The translations under genes and the position numbers were made by a program. DNA of 60,954 nt, filler included, from Sphacelaria rigidula (Eukaryota), in assembly GCA_964200075.2 (NCBI GenBank). It is 7 parts of 7 records of this genome, joined end to end, with 100 filler letters (N's around TTAATTAATTAA, not from the genome) between each part and the next. Parts side by side here need not be neighbours in the genome. Positions count along the whole stretch, not along the records: positions 8,724 to 17,346 come from CAXNAA020010575.1; positions 17,447 to 26,068 come from CAXNAA020010576.1; 5 more parts are not named here. One strand, written 5' to 3'. Position 1 is the first letter of the stretch; each line of letters starts with the position of its first letter. Below are positions 12,077 to 23,747 of this stretch, piece by piece. The notes beneath the pieces are model-generated. The model did not search any database and was not told the origin of the DNA. It worked only from the letters and a program-made list of their open reading frames with translations.

Positions 12077-12218
12077 TGCCCAGCATTTCGTGTCGAACGG
12101 CAACGAGGGCGGCAGGGTTGCTGTCTACGGTGGGGGCGGGCTGTTGACCTCCGACGATAAGTTTTCCTGGGACCCTGCTACAGCGACGCTCACGGTACCG
12201 AGGCTCGGGGTCTCCGAG
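12077..12218 (+). CDS. Unknown beta-repeat (fibre-like) protein, exon A
   Basis: aacag| acceptor (alternative at 12083) and GAG|gtgtgt donor. Encodes GGRVAVYGGGGLLTSDDKFSWDPATATLTVPRLGVSE. Phase 0 end. Confidence 0.75.
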
Positions 12219-12243
12219 GTGTGTATCGAGAGAAATGTCCACG

Positions 12244-12373
12244 CCCTGGACAAAAGATTTTGGTGCCAAGAAATGTACTGCGTACAGTATGGAATCTATT
12301 GTCTGCTGCAATAGGCACAATAGTCGATACCTTACGCAATACACTTTTTGACTGTGCATTCTATTGTCCAGGG
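12244..12373. mobile_element. Copy of CCCTGGACAA palindromic MITE (intronic)
   Basis: ccctggacaa...ttgtccaggg ends with the shared internal motif. Confidence 0.75.
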
Positions 12374-12663
12374 TATGGAAATACCATGCGTTTTTCAAAC
12401 GATATTCTATATAGCCAAGTTTGGGGTTTTCCGAGGTTGGGCAATTTCTGGCGCGCACAGTTTGTTTGATATACAGAAGAGCAAGATCCGGGCTGCAGCA
12501 GAAACGTAAGAGCCATGAACAGTTGTTGATACATTTCATTTTTGTAGCAGTGTGCCGAGACACCACTCATTGTAGCAGTGTCAAGACAAATTCAACAGAA
12601 GAAGATGGCTGGGCAGCAGAGGGGCACATTTGGACTTTTTTATCCGACCCAGGACAGGTAGTA

Positions 12664-12785
12664 AGAATACACGGGTCGCCACTGGGGTGCCGACAACCTC
12701 AAATTGGGACGTGACAGACCTTCCCCAACGTCTGTAACGTCCCAATTTGAGGTTGCAGGCACCCCAGTGGCCACCCGTGTATTCT
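12664..12785. repeat. Intronic inverted repeat (~56-bp arms, 10-nt loop)
   Basis: agaatacacgggtcgccactggggtgccgacaacctcaaattgggacgtgacagac pairs with gtctgtaacgtcccaatttgaggttgcaggcaccccagtggccacccgtgtattct, with a few mismatches. Confidence 0.9.
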
Positions 12786-14535
12786 ACTGCTGTATCAAAG
12801 ATGGTCATGTGAGGATTTTTCCTCTACCGCCCGGTTCATGTAAGGCATGTTCCCGATTCAGCTATAGTCCCACAAAGTTTTCACTTTTGCCGTCCGGTTC
12901 AAGAATAATCATACGAGACTAGCGCGCGGTCAAAAGATGGCCGTGTTCAGCAGCAACAACGACAACAACAACCACCACCAGAACAATTTCGTTTTTTTTC
13001 ATCTGGCTCCGAAATGTTTTAGCAAAATCCCCGGTCGAGATATTTCCATGTGACATCTATTTTTCACCGCCGATCACACGTGCTTCGTGTGGTCATGGGT
13101 GTTTGCGTACCGACCGGGTCGGCTGTTTGAAAACATCGAAATATCAGCGTCCCTCGGAACATCCCCTCACGCGGCACGATACCAATCCTTGTTCTCATCT
13201 TCATGGATGTTCTCGAGCCACAGTGGACTTGAAAATTGCCTACTTGAGCTTAATTAACTACCCGAGGACGTGGATTACTAAGAATATCCTCTCGGATTAG
13301 AATCCTCAGGCCACACGCGTCCACCCGCTCTGGCCAAGGACCAAATTTATCTTTCTCCGTGCATTTTCGGTAACGCTACTCCGTTCACATGGCGCGAGCG
13401 CACCGCATACCACACGTGTTTTGCTTTTTACCCAAAGGTGATTGTCGAAACAACAAGCGTGCAAGTCGCACCGTGCGTTTGGGGTTGACTTGAGAGTGTG
13501 CCTACTCTCACCCGCGTTACCTCCCCGCTCCAGACGCAAAAATATTATCATCCCCTCAACAGCTGAAGCGTACCTGACATAGAGGAGCCATCTGGAAAAA
13601 AAAAAAATCGCCAAGGGGTCAAGAATAGCAAAGTCGTAGATGTAGCAAAGTATACTATGTAGGCGAGTGGGGCTGAATACAAGTACTTGTATGCATATTC
13701 AAAAACGAAAGCATAGTGTGCAATATTGGCACATGAAACACGCAAATGGTCAACGTGATCTTACTTGTGCACAGGAATTTTCCTCTAAATCGCCACATCT
13801 TTCACATGACGACCGGGTCATATTTGGGCACTCTTTCAAGACTCGTGTGTTACTATATGAATGTGTTATCACCACGTGCATTATAAAAAAAACAAAACGT
13901 AAAATTGCGAATGTGATCGGCAGTTCGTTGTTCGCGAGTCCGGAGTTTCACACACGCCTTTTTCCTCGTGCCTTCTTGTTCTTCAGCCGTTTCAAAGAAT
14001 AGTCACGTGAAGCTTTCACTTTTTCAGTTCGGTTTCAAGAATTGCCATGTGAGACTTTTGCCTCGTTCGGGGATGGTCATGTGAGATACCCCCACCTTTA
14101 CCGTCCGTTCCAGAAGAGGTCGTGTTATGAGAGCTTGTCGGACATGTGAAATATGTCCATGAAAATAGACAAGTTTCACGAGCTGTTGGCCATGCTGTTC
14201 GTACAGAACACGGGTGCTCAAACACCAACCAATATCACGTCTGAAACACGTTTTTTTTCGTAGTCTTCATTAATTATCACGCCAGGTCATCACCCGAAAG
14301 ATATTCCCTTGGCCTCACACACGAGTAGACTGCTGCCATACCCGGAAAACCAAGGGACAGCTGTCCTTCTGTGTGCTGTGTGGGTTTCACTGGTGGCGAC
14401 AGGCACGATCAAGGATGCATACCCTGCGAGGTCAACCGGTACGGTACCGATGTGTCAGAGTTTCACGACAGATTTTCACGGAAGGATATATATTTTTTCA
14501 AACGGACGCCTTTTCATTGCCCACCAACACAGCAG

Positions 14536-14622
14536 GTGGCTGAGGGGATGGACTTCAAGGGAAGACCTGCCCGCAACGTGGCCCTCGTGAACGCTACGCT
14601 GGACCGGGTCCCATTTATCAAG
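14536..14622 (+). CDS. Unknown beta-repeat protein, exon B
   Basis: agcag| acceptor and AAG|gtttgt donor. VAEGMDFKGRPARNVALVNATLDRVPFIK matches the internal repeat. Phase 0/0. Confidence 0.75.
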
Positions 14623-15197
14623 GTTTGTCTATGCCACCCCATCAGTTCTCTGCTTTTCCGAGTAGCTAGGGAGGGTTGTCTCCGCCAACAGCAGGTCTCT
14701 GCTTTTCCGTCAGGTGGGTAGGGAGGGTTGTCTCCGCCAACAGCAAACGAAAGTAGGGTCTGGCCTCGTCACCGCCAACGCCTGTTTGCCTCTATCGGCA
14801 GATGAAAACTGTGCGTTGTACGTGATTGCCGTCTACTTTCGCACGCATTCAGAGCTTGATATAGTGAGACCGTCAGGTGGGACTTCTCCTCGTGTCAAAA
14901 CGTATTTTCTCGCGAAGCACCAGCCCTAGTAGAGTGGAGTGGGTGCCATGAGGATAAATGTCAACCACACCGGTCGGGTATATCCCGTTCCCTAGTACCT
15001 GATAGCAGCGCCGAAGTTCCGCGACCCCGTACCTCCTGCGCGTAGAAAAAGACCGCCAGCTGCCATCCACCCTCCTCCCTCCCCCTCCATACTCGCCGCA
15101 TTACTGTGCAAACTTTTCAACGCGCGCTCTCTCTTCCCGTACTCCCTTCCGCCTTCCACGCCTGCTGTGCTAACCCAAACAAACCCCCAACACGAAG

Positions 15198-15419
15198 ACT
15201 GGTCGATTCATGCTCGAGTCCGCGGCGGGTGGTCGCAAGGACCCACAAGTCGACGTGCCGCCGGGCAGTGGCGAGGGTGCGGCAGTGGGTGGCGGTTTGG
15301 CTGTGTTTGATCACAAGGGGGAGCTGTCGCGAGTGGGGTCGGTACGCGTGCGCCCCGGGGGGCTGCTGGAGGTACATGGCCTCGGGTCGCACGTACAGAC
15401 CGGTGATGTTGATTTTCAG
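15198..15419 (+). CDS. Unknown beta-repeat protein, exon C
   Basis: gctaac branch-like motif, gaag| acceptor and CAG|gtgagt donor. Encodes ...GLAVFDHKGELSRVGSVRVRPGGLLEVHGLGSHVQTGDVDFQ. Confidence 0.8.
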
Positions 15420-16356
15420 GTGAGTATAAAGTGTCACTGTCGTGTCGATTCAAGGAAAGAGGTGGTGTTACGATGGGCTTTGGGGATTGAGATCATTTGC
15501 AGCAGAGGGTTAAGAGCTTGCGCAAAGGTTGATCCTGGAACAGATTTTCGGAACCTTGATCGAAGAAGGAGCATCCGCCTCTTTTTGAACTTTCCCGCCA
15601 AAACGGAGTGGCGTGTTTCTTCAGATATTTATTCCATCTACCAAGTATTGCGCAAACCAAAGTATATAGGTGACATATCATAACCGGCTCGGCGCATAGC
15701 GAAGCAGGGAGTGGACGACAAGCCCAGTTGCAAGCAGTTAAGGCGTAGAGAAACGTGAAAAGTAAGTTCGTGTGAGTGGCTACTGTACCAATCAATCATG
15801 CAAGAGCTGCTGCTCTACAACCGTGTACAACACAACCCCCAACATCCGGCCACTGAAGGACCAAATACAACCACAATGAGTAGACTGTCGTACAACCCCT
15901 AGCGATTGACTTCAATTGCCCAGTCACCAACAGAGTTAGCATTGGATGGAACGTTGGGTTTGAACCTACCACCTGGAGGGTTAAAACGTTCGCACTGCAG
16001 CCCGGCTTAAGCTTTGCGCAATAAGGACTACGGTTTGCAGCAGAATGATCCCTGAGTTTGAGCTAGGATCCGATTTGTCGAACTTGTTTCCCAAGACGAG
16101 ACTAATGATGATAGCGCAGGTCAACGGATACCACAATAGCAGTGACCACAGCCTTGCGTTCCCGTGGCGGTCGTGAATAAAATCGATCCACCAAATACTC
16201 CAACCACGAACCCAACCCGGTATCTTTTTTTTATGTGCCATCGCATAGCAGCGACCTAAACATAACAAAGTCGCTCCCTCCCCGTTTCCCGCCCCATCAA
16301 TATTACGCATAACGCACGCGGTCACGACCGAACGTTCAAAACACGCCGACATCCAG

Positions 16357-16691
16357 GGACACACGGCACGAAATATATCGCTCTCTGGGGTGTCCACTCT
16401 GACCGGTCTGGGCCGATTGGAAGTGGGATCATTATTCCTGCCGCCTATCTCACACTATCGGCACGCATCTGCGAGTAGCCCCGGTTCAAACGTTAGCGAT
16501 GCGGTGATGGTGTTGACGGCCGAGGGGGAGCTGCGGCCGGCGGGAGGGGACGTGGACGGCACTTTTGTTTCGGTGGAACCAGTCTCCGGAACGCTCTTGG
16601 CAAAGAAGATCGGTCCGCACGAGACTACCGGGGATGTCGACTTCTTGGGCAACACTGTCCGGGGTGCTATTCTGGAGAGTCCCGAAATCAA
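16357..16691 (+). CDS. Unknown beta-repeat protein, exon D
   Basis: tccag| acceptor gives DFQ-GHTARNISL (cf. DFKGRPARNVAL). Ends ...GPHETTGDVDFLGNTVRGAILESPEI with a |gtgaga donor. Confidence 0.8.
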
Positions 16692-17346
16692 GTGAGAGAT
16701 TTGCTGCACGACACCAACGATCACCGTTTGACCGCGGGAAGTTGTGTGCGTATGCTAGAAATTCGGCAATACAGTTTTATATTGAAGTAGCATTTGCCAA
16801 CGGAAGCAATCTCGCGAGCTTTGTGTCCGAAAAGAATATATCGCACGTGGTGTTGACGAAGGGGATAAAAAGAGGCACTCTGTGCGTGGATAGCATGAGA
16901 TCACCGTAACCTCTGGTAAGGTGACGTACCCGCAGGCAGGAGTGCACTTGGAGCTGTTTCCGGGGAATTGAAAGATTGCCGTCAGCAGTTGTAGTTCATG
17001 ATGCGCGAAGCACGTGTCCATGAATAGTACAGGTGGCAAGCGTCGGCAGCCGAACCAACTGCTTAGCTCCGCTGATGCGTAGTTTCGCATGGAGCACTGT
17101 TCTAGTTGCCACTGAATATCATCCATGAACGTATCCTCGTTTGTGACTTGTGACCTTGGTGGCCGTATTCGACTAATTCCGGTTCCGATGGCACACGACT
17201 CGTGAAGTGACCACGAATATCGCGATACGGGAAACCGGCGAAGTACTGCCGTATAGCACATACGCCGATACTCCATCGGAGTTCTAGCAATACCCCATCC
17301 ACCCAAACAACCCCCCCCCCCCCACCCCTCGTGTGTCCCCTGTGCC

Positions 17347-17446
17347 NNNNNNNNNNNNNNNNNNNNNNNNNNNNNNNNNNNNNNNNNNNNTTAATTAATT
17401 AANNNNNNNNNNNNNNNNNNNNNNNNNNNNNNNNNNNNNNNNNNNN
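17347..17446. other. Artificial contig-joining spacer
   Basis: N44-TTAATTAATTAA-N44. Confidence 0.98.
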
Positions 17447-17519
17447 CCGCGCATTTGTTGACGTTCGCTGTCACTCTTCATTTCCTAGTGTATTTTAGCG
17501 CCTTGTCTAACTGTGTCGG

Positions 17520-18156
17520 GAGGGAGGGGGGGGGGAGTTGTGTGTCCGCAGAGCTGCCGAAATGCTCACCAAGTCAAGCGTGTGTGTTTGGAAGTTTCCC
17601 GCGGAAGATTCTAAGCCAGGAACGAGGCCCGAAAGGCGCGGAATAACCACTCTGACCAATCACGGCCGTCAAAAGGAGCACGTAGTTCCCCTACAGGTGG
17701 ACCACAGGCGGATTACTTCGCTCTCTACCGGCATGTCTCATCATGTTCATGGGTACAAAATACTTGTTGTGCACTCTGCCTGGGGTCTCTGCCGCCTGTC
17801 TGACGCCTCATGTGTTGCCAGAATAGCTTAACACTGTATGTAGTGTTGTTGTTGAACACTCAGCAGAGAAATCGGCAACATGCAGTAAATTTTGTTCAGT
17901 GGAGAGCGATGGTTCGCCGACTCTTTCTTGCCGTCGTATCCAGCGGAGACATACCGCACAGATACTGACTCTGTACGCTATTGATTGCACGGTCAAAACC
18001 GGTCAGGGGTTCTCCGGGGCGTTTTTCTATATAGATGCCCAGCAATCACATGGTTAAGAAAAAGGACGTTTTGTGTAGCGAGATAAGAGCTGCTCTGAAC
18101 CCTACATGTGGCATAGTCAACCTGAGTCCATTTGCGGGGGGGTCGCTGTCTAAGGC
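17520..18156. mobile_element. piggyBac-type non-autonomous element, partial copy (same family as 58546-59435)
   Basis: Reverse-complement homology to 58546-59350. Ends gtcgctgtctaaggc followed by TTAA. Confidence 0.75.
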
Positions 18157-18189
18157 TTAACAACCAGTGTCCTCAAATAACTCTTTCAA

Positions 18190-19272
18190 GGGCAGATCGA
18201 GTAGGGTATGTACTTTCGAATACTCGGGTAAAATTCCCGGGTATTTACTCTACCCAAGGTGTGGATAAATTGGGTACGGCCGCAAATACTCTACCCAATT
18301 TTTGGGTAGATCGGGTACGACCTCAAATACTGTACCAAAATATTGGGTAAGCATTTTCAGCAATGCTGGAGTATAGAGTATCACTTGGGTACGACCTCAA
18401 TACTCTACCCAAAGTTTGGGTAGATTGGGTACGACCTCAAATAACCTACCCAATTTTTGGGAAGATCGGGTATGACCTCAAATACTCTACGAGCTTGGCC
18501 AGCTTAAAAGCGGCAAAAAGTTGCTCACACCACAGCTTTCCCAGTTTTCCGAATAAACCCGATGTAAGCATATCACTGTGAACTGCAGACCCACCTGATG
18601 ACAAAGGACTGCGTCGCTGTTCGATTGGCGTCGTATTGCCGATGACGTTATTGTACTGCATAGAGTACGGGGTGCGCCTCATGTCGTTGAGCGATAGCGT
18701 GTCGGAGTGCTTTTTTTTTCATGTGGTGGGTTCACGCCAGCAATCACCCCGCACTGGGTAGTAGTGGAGTGCAGCAGCGTCACGCAAAACGTTCCACGCA
18801 CGGCCCAATTCGACGACTCTTAGGCTGAAATTTCACGAAGACCATCTGCACCCAAGGAAATGATACGTCCCGTGAGAAGCTGTAGATTCTCATTTTTTCG
18901 CTGGACACATGACACTATCTTGTTTTTGCTGAAATTCCAAATCCCCATAACTTCCTGTTTTTTCTCCCTTTGCTGCTCACGTGATGTTCTGCATGTCGAT
19001 CATAAAAAGCTGCGGTCAAAATTTCAGCGTCCAACTCCCAATATCGCACCGTGCGTCGCCTGAGCGAAAAAACCACCCATTGTTGGCTGGTCCAGCTCGT
19101 GCCCAAATATTGGGTAAGCACTCTCGGCAACACCTGGGTATATAGAGTATCACTTGGGTATGACCTCAATACTCTACCAAAAAAATGGGTATTCTTGAGT
19201 ACGATCTAAAATACTCGACCCAATTTTTTTATAGATTCGCTACGATTTCAATACTCTTCCCAAATATTGGGT
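18190..19272. mobile_element. GGGCAGGTCGGGTA-family element with ~40-bp tandem sub-repeats, interrupted by a nested TIR element (18488-19101)
   Basis: Repeated ttgggtacgacctcaaatactctacccaa units resume after the insert. The insert ends are acgagcttggccagc / gctggtccagctcgt. Confidence 0.75.
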
Positions 19273-20017
19273 AAGGCCGTGTCCTAGCACATCGCTTTTC
19301 GGTCGTTAAAACAGTGCGGTGAAATCGATTGAAGCGAAATCGTCCGTTTCTCGCGAGTTGGGTCCAAGAGAATTTGCAAGCTATCGATCGCAAAAAGACA
19401 GAGAACTTCGTGAAGCGGCACTTGTTCGCTTGTCTACAACAGTAGAGTGCTGTACTGTCTGCGCTGTATTTAGACAGTGTACCTGAGTGTGTGTGTGTGC
19501 GTGTTTCGTACAGTAGAATGTGAAAGAGAACGGGGCAACGTGCAGCGCAGACAGCACAGGACTATCTGTACCCTCTGCTTACAGTGCGACGTGAATAGGA
19601 CTTGAACAGCTATCAGCTTTGTACTACTGCCTGCACTGTCCGTGAGTGTAGGAAAATCGGTCGTCCACGATACCACGCAGTTCCGTCGCAATCCCTACCA
19701 CGAAAGAAGATGCCCAAGTTTTCACCAACTAATGATAAACACATCATACCCAATTACTGCAGGGTATCTATCCCTGTGCCCAACTCGAGCTCTATACTGC
19801 AGGGTTGCGGTGGTAGCTGAGAATGAGTTGTATGGGGTTTGCATGGTTTTGTGGACGGGTGACATCTGGCGTGGTTGTCCGCAAGATAGGAGTCAAGTGC
19901 CCCTTCGTACCCTTCCTCCGCACGTATTTTATTTGAGACGCCAAGGGCAGGTCGGGTAGGGTATGTACTTTTGAATGCTCACGTAAAATACCCGGGTATT
20001 TACTTTACCCAAGGTTT

Positions 20018-20275
20018 CACACATCGGACAGCTCATGAGCTACCTGGATATTACTTCTCATTAGAGTACTGATCCGGATCATGAGCTAGCTCATTTGGCC
20101 ACTAGTTCCGTGTTAGCTCCCGACAGCGATGGACGCCGAGCAGCCGATGTAGCGGGAAGGTAACGCTGTGGCTTCTCGGACACTGCTCTCACGTGTTCTG
20201 TGATTTCGTACAAAGGATCTGAGAGTTTCTCTTCGATTAGTTATCTCAGGTACCTCATGAGCTGTACGACGTGTG
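20018..20275. mobile_element. hAT-like MITE (CACACATCGGACAG TIR)
   Basis: Perfect 8-bp TSD CAAGGTTT (20010-20017, 20276-20283). A second copy lies at 41083-41345. Confidence 0.88.
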
Positions 20276-20368
20276 CAAGGTTTGAGTGGATTGTGTACGG
20301 CCTCAAATAATCTTACCCAAATATTCGGTAAGTACCCTCAGCAATACTGGAGTGTAAAGTATCACTTC

Positions 20369-20369
<1 letters not shown>

Positions 20370-20410
<41 letters not shown>

Positions 20411-20503
20411 GTCGTCCCATTTATTCTGGGCGCCAGTCTACCCCTTTCGGGATATGTGGGCGCATCAGCCGGGGTCACACAGGAGGAAGGTCAACACAGG
20501 ACT
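20370..20503 (-). mobile_element. SINE 3' fragment with (CA)n tail
   Basis: Matches the 3' part of the SINE family and is adjacent to a (TG)n run. Confidence 0.75.
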
Positions 20504-20896
20504 TGGGTACGACCTCAACACTCTACCCAAATTCTGTGTAGATCGAGTACGACCTCAAACGCTCTACCCAAGGTTTGGATAGATTGGGTACGACTTCACG
20601 TACCCTACCCAAATATTGGGTAGATCGGGTACGACCTCAAATACTCTACCCACATATTGGGTAAGCACTCTCAGCAACACCTGGGTGTAGGGTATCCGTT
20701 GGGTACGACCTCGATACCCTATCCAAATTTGGGGTATATTGGGTATGATCACAAATACGCTACCCAAATGGTGGGTAGATTGGGTACGATTCAACTACTC
20801 TATCCAAATTTTTGGTACTAATATAAAAGTATGACTTTCAAAAATACCGAGTACTGGGTATACCCCACGAGTACCCGACCTGCCCTTAAACTAGTT

Positions 20897-21343
20897 ACGA
20901 GCTTGGCCGGCCTAGACGCGAATTTGTGGTTTGCAGACCCCGTCTCGACTCGGATGTGGTGGATAAATTTCGCCTCGCCGCGATTGGGCAGGTCGCTCTT
21001 AGACTTCTTCATTACTATTCTCCTGATACATGGTGAACCCCTTGTTACTGAGCTTCAGTCCCAAAAGGGTTGAGCGGTTCTGCTGGAATCGGAGAGGAGA
21101 GAAGCCGTCAAGCCTCGCTGCAAATAAGAGTTGGGAACCAGTGCTGTTTTTTGTTCTTGTGAATCGATATCATTTTCAGTCATTTCCGAGTCAAAATGAT
21201 GCCGATTCACAAGAACAAAATTCAGCACCGGGTTCCCAAAGGATTAACATTCGTCGCGCTCTGCATGCGGATCACGGCCCAACTCGTCTGTGTCGATCAG
21301 ATTTTACTTTGAGAGAATCCGCGTCTAGGCCGGCCCAGCTCGT
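20897..21343. mobile_element. TIR element (ACGAGCTTGGCCGGCCTAGACGCG)
   Basis: 28-bp TIR with 2 mismatches. Related to the insert at 18488-19101. TSD ambiguous. Confidence 0.7.
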
Positions 21344-21405
21344 GGCCGTTCCGAGCTTTTGGTTACCTGAAGGATGAAGGTGAACATGAAACTGTAAACT
21401 CGTAC

Positions 21406-21528
21406 CGTACACAGCTAAAAATCCTCCAGCCGACATCATTGGCTCGTGCAGTATTCCGAACCGACCCGTGATAATCAGGGTTTGGAATAGGCCGTACGCG
21501 CTGCGACGAGAGGGTGTCATGCCGGCTC
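21406..21528 (-). CDS. Plastid-targeted protein of unknown function, probable exon 2
   Basis: aacag| acceptor in phase 1 matching exon 1. Encodes GAGMTPSRRSAYGLFQTLIITGRFGILHEPMMSAGGFLAVY. Donor gtacga (alternative gtaacc ~40 nt further). Confidence 0.55.
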
Positions 21529-21899
21529 CTGTTATATATGGTACAGCAAGTACGCATGATGACTATTGATTGTGCTGTGTTGCTTCGTACTGTGCGTTGG
21601 ATGGGTGAAGACAGCGCTCTGCGTCCAGTGAGAATGAGTGCGCCTGCAATGCATATGTCACTGCGGCCATGCAAGTCCAGCACAGACAGTGGAGTGGAAT
21701 TGAGTAAGTGCAGTATACAGAGTACAGATGAAGGTACGAGCCATGATGCTACCTACGGCTGGACCCCTGGGGGGTCAGTTAAAGTGCGACAATCAAGCAA
21801 TCAAGCAATCAAGAGGAAGACTGTGTTGCAAAACAATCTCTACACAGATCATGTTACGCCGCGGCTGTCTTGCGTGTCGTGGAATAGCATATGGCTTAC

Positions 21900-22230
21900 C
21901 CACGGGATTATTACAAGAGACAACGTGAGAAGTAGCAGCAGCAGCAGCAGCAGCAGCAGAAGTCATACGTAAATCTCCACCCCTTCCATCACCACCATCC
22001 TCTGCTCGACGAACACCTGCACCTCTCCCCCAAACCTGTTGTGGCTTCTTACCACCGTAATAGACAATATCACGGTCAGGCAACGTAGCTGCCCGTGCCA
22101 GCGGCAGCTTCAAGGGGATTTTTCCAGCACTGAACGCATGCACTTCGGCATTCAACGACGATGCGACGAACACCACAGCAGCTGCTGCAACTGCTAATCC
22201 CCGTACGGCAGTTCTTCCGGGTCGGCGCAT
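21900..22230 (-). CDS. Plastid-targeted protein of unknown function, exon 1
   Basis: MRRPGRTAVRGLAVAAAAVVFVASSLNAEVHA-FSAG: signal peptide plus an ASAFAP-like cleavage with Phe at +1, then a basic transit-like region. G|gtaagc donor. Confidence 0.75.
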
Positions 22231-22694
22231 CGTTGTTGAAGACGTAAGGGCAGGGAGGAGAGGGGAATGGGTCGATCTTGGTCGAATTCGGCAATTTATT
22301 ACGTTCAAGGTGCGGCGGGGCGATTCGGCGCAATTGCGGCAGTTTGAGATTGTTCTCTGTTCGATGGTGCACTTTGTCTTCATGTACATTGTACATTGTA
22401 CACTATATTGTTTGATTGTGCTAGTGTAAAAGCAGGCATCAGGACAGGTGGAGACACAATTCCACCTGAGTCTCCCATCTGCAGTTGCGTGACTCGGTGT
22501 TACGGCGGTAAAGGGTATGGCGATAAAGTACTCAATTGTCATAACCTTAATGTAACGGGTTCGGTTGGCATCTTCATCGCGGACCAGAACACCTTGAGTC
22601 GAAAGTGATGAAGAGGTGTCGACATGATGTTACTCCGCCGTGTTCAGGATAGTGACAGGATCACACCAGGGCCGAAACAACGAGAGCAAAGGGA

Positions 22695-22814
22695 ATGGAG
22701 GGAAAGGGCCAAGGTCTAGTTTCTCGTGATGAAATTAATGGTATCCAATTCAAGCCAGGAGATGGGAAGCGTGTCGTGAGGTTCCGACCCTGCATCGACC
22801 TACATGAGGGAAAG
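22695..22814 (+). CDS. HIS6: ProFAR (BBMII) isomerase, eukaryotic HIS6/HISN3 type, N-terminal exon
   Basis: VRFRPCIDLHEGK matches the family N-terminal motif (V)xFRPCIDxHxGKVKQIVG. AAG|gtgggc donor. The next exon was not found in this contig. Confidence 0.8.
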
Positions 22815-23563
22815 GTGGGCATCCTGCGCAGTGTCCAGCGCCACGATTGTCTGTGCAAACTCACTGCTGTAGCTTTGGAATCCAAGTGCTGATTCGCCTA
22901 ATGGGAATAAAGGCTGAGACAGTTTACCCCTCCCGTTAATTCCTCGCGGTTGGCGTGGTGTTCACGACTTTGAGTTCATCAAATATGAAGCAGCACTGCC
23001 CAAGAGACACAACACAAGAGTTTTCTATAATTAGAGTGACGGAGTATAACACTCCTGTGGTATCCAAGTTTTCATACACCGCGTCGACCTTGTCGAGAGG
23101 CAAAGGCCCCTGCCCTGTATTTCGAAGATATCACGATTCTTGGATATCTGCATGATAACGGGAGTCAACGGGAGTCGAACACCAGCAACATTGCAGCATT
23201 TTGTCGCCGCCCCCGTGCTCGGGAAAACTCGGCTTCTTTGTTTCACTCCACTGTAAGGTTGAAATCAATGCGAAGGGCTTGGGGATCATTTCTACACGGG
23301 GACTCGTATATACAGGAATAGAGGCACACGGTTGCAACGTGTAGTCACAACAGTGACTCCTGTGCGGTTAAAAGGTGAGGAGCCATCCCTTTGCGCGCGA
23401 GGTCGCCTTTCGGAACAATATATCGTGCTTACCTTGAACGCTGGTATCCCCGATGCCATGGCTGATCAGCTCGTTTCCGTCTGCAACCAGCAGCACCCTG
23501 AGAGCAACACACCGTTTTTTTATTCCCAGTCCCTGCCTTGCATGTTATTGAGGCCGTGTCTTA

Positions 23564-23747
23564 GGCCCTGTCTTATCACATGGGTTTTCGATCGAAAAAG
23601 TGCGTTTACAAAAATCCTGATCTGATAATTCATGATTTCAACCATCTTCAAATAAACGGCGATGTTTGAAATAATGAATTATCAGATCAGGATTTTTGTT
23701 TTCCACCGCACTTTTTCGATCGAAAACCCATGTGCTAAGACAGGGCC
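23564..23747. mobile_element. PIF/Harbinger (Tourist-like) MITE
   Basis: Long TIR ggccctgtcttatcacatgggttttcgatcgaaaaagtgcg and its complement, with TTA TSD on both sides. Confidence 0.88.

Larger units (their letters stand above)
19945..20885. mobile_element. GGGCAGGTCGGGTA-TIR element with nested insertions
   Basis: 14-bp perfect TIR gggcaggtcgggta / tacccgacctgccc and ~40-bp sub-repeats. Hosts a hAT MITE and a SINE tail. Confidence 0.8.

Noticed and set aside
18590-18700. Possible UbiA-like exon (ND...RSPLSSG) continuing the plastid gene
   Set aside because: The Asp-rich motif is absent, no acceptor was found, and it lies inside a nested TIR element.
18250-20820. ~40-bp repeats resembling a CRISPR array
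   Set aside because: Units are tandem with no unique spacers, lie inside TIR elements, and there are no cas genes in this eukaryotic context.
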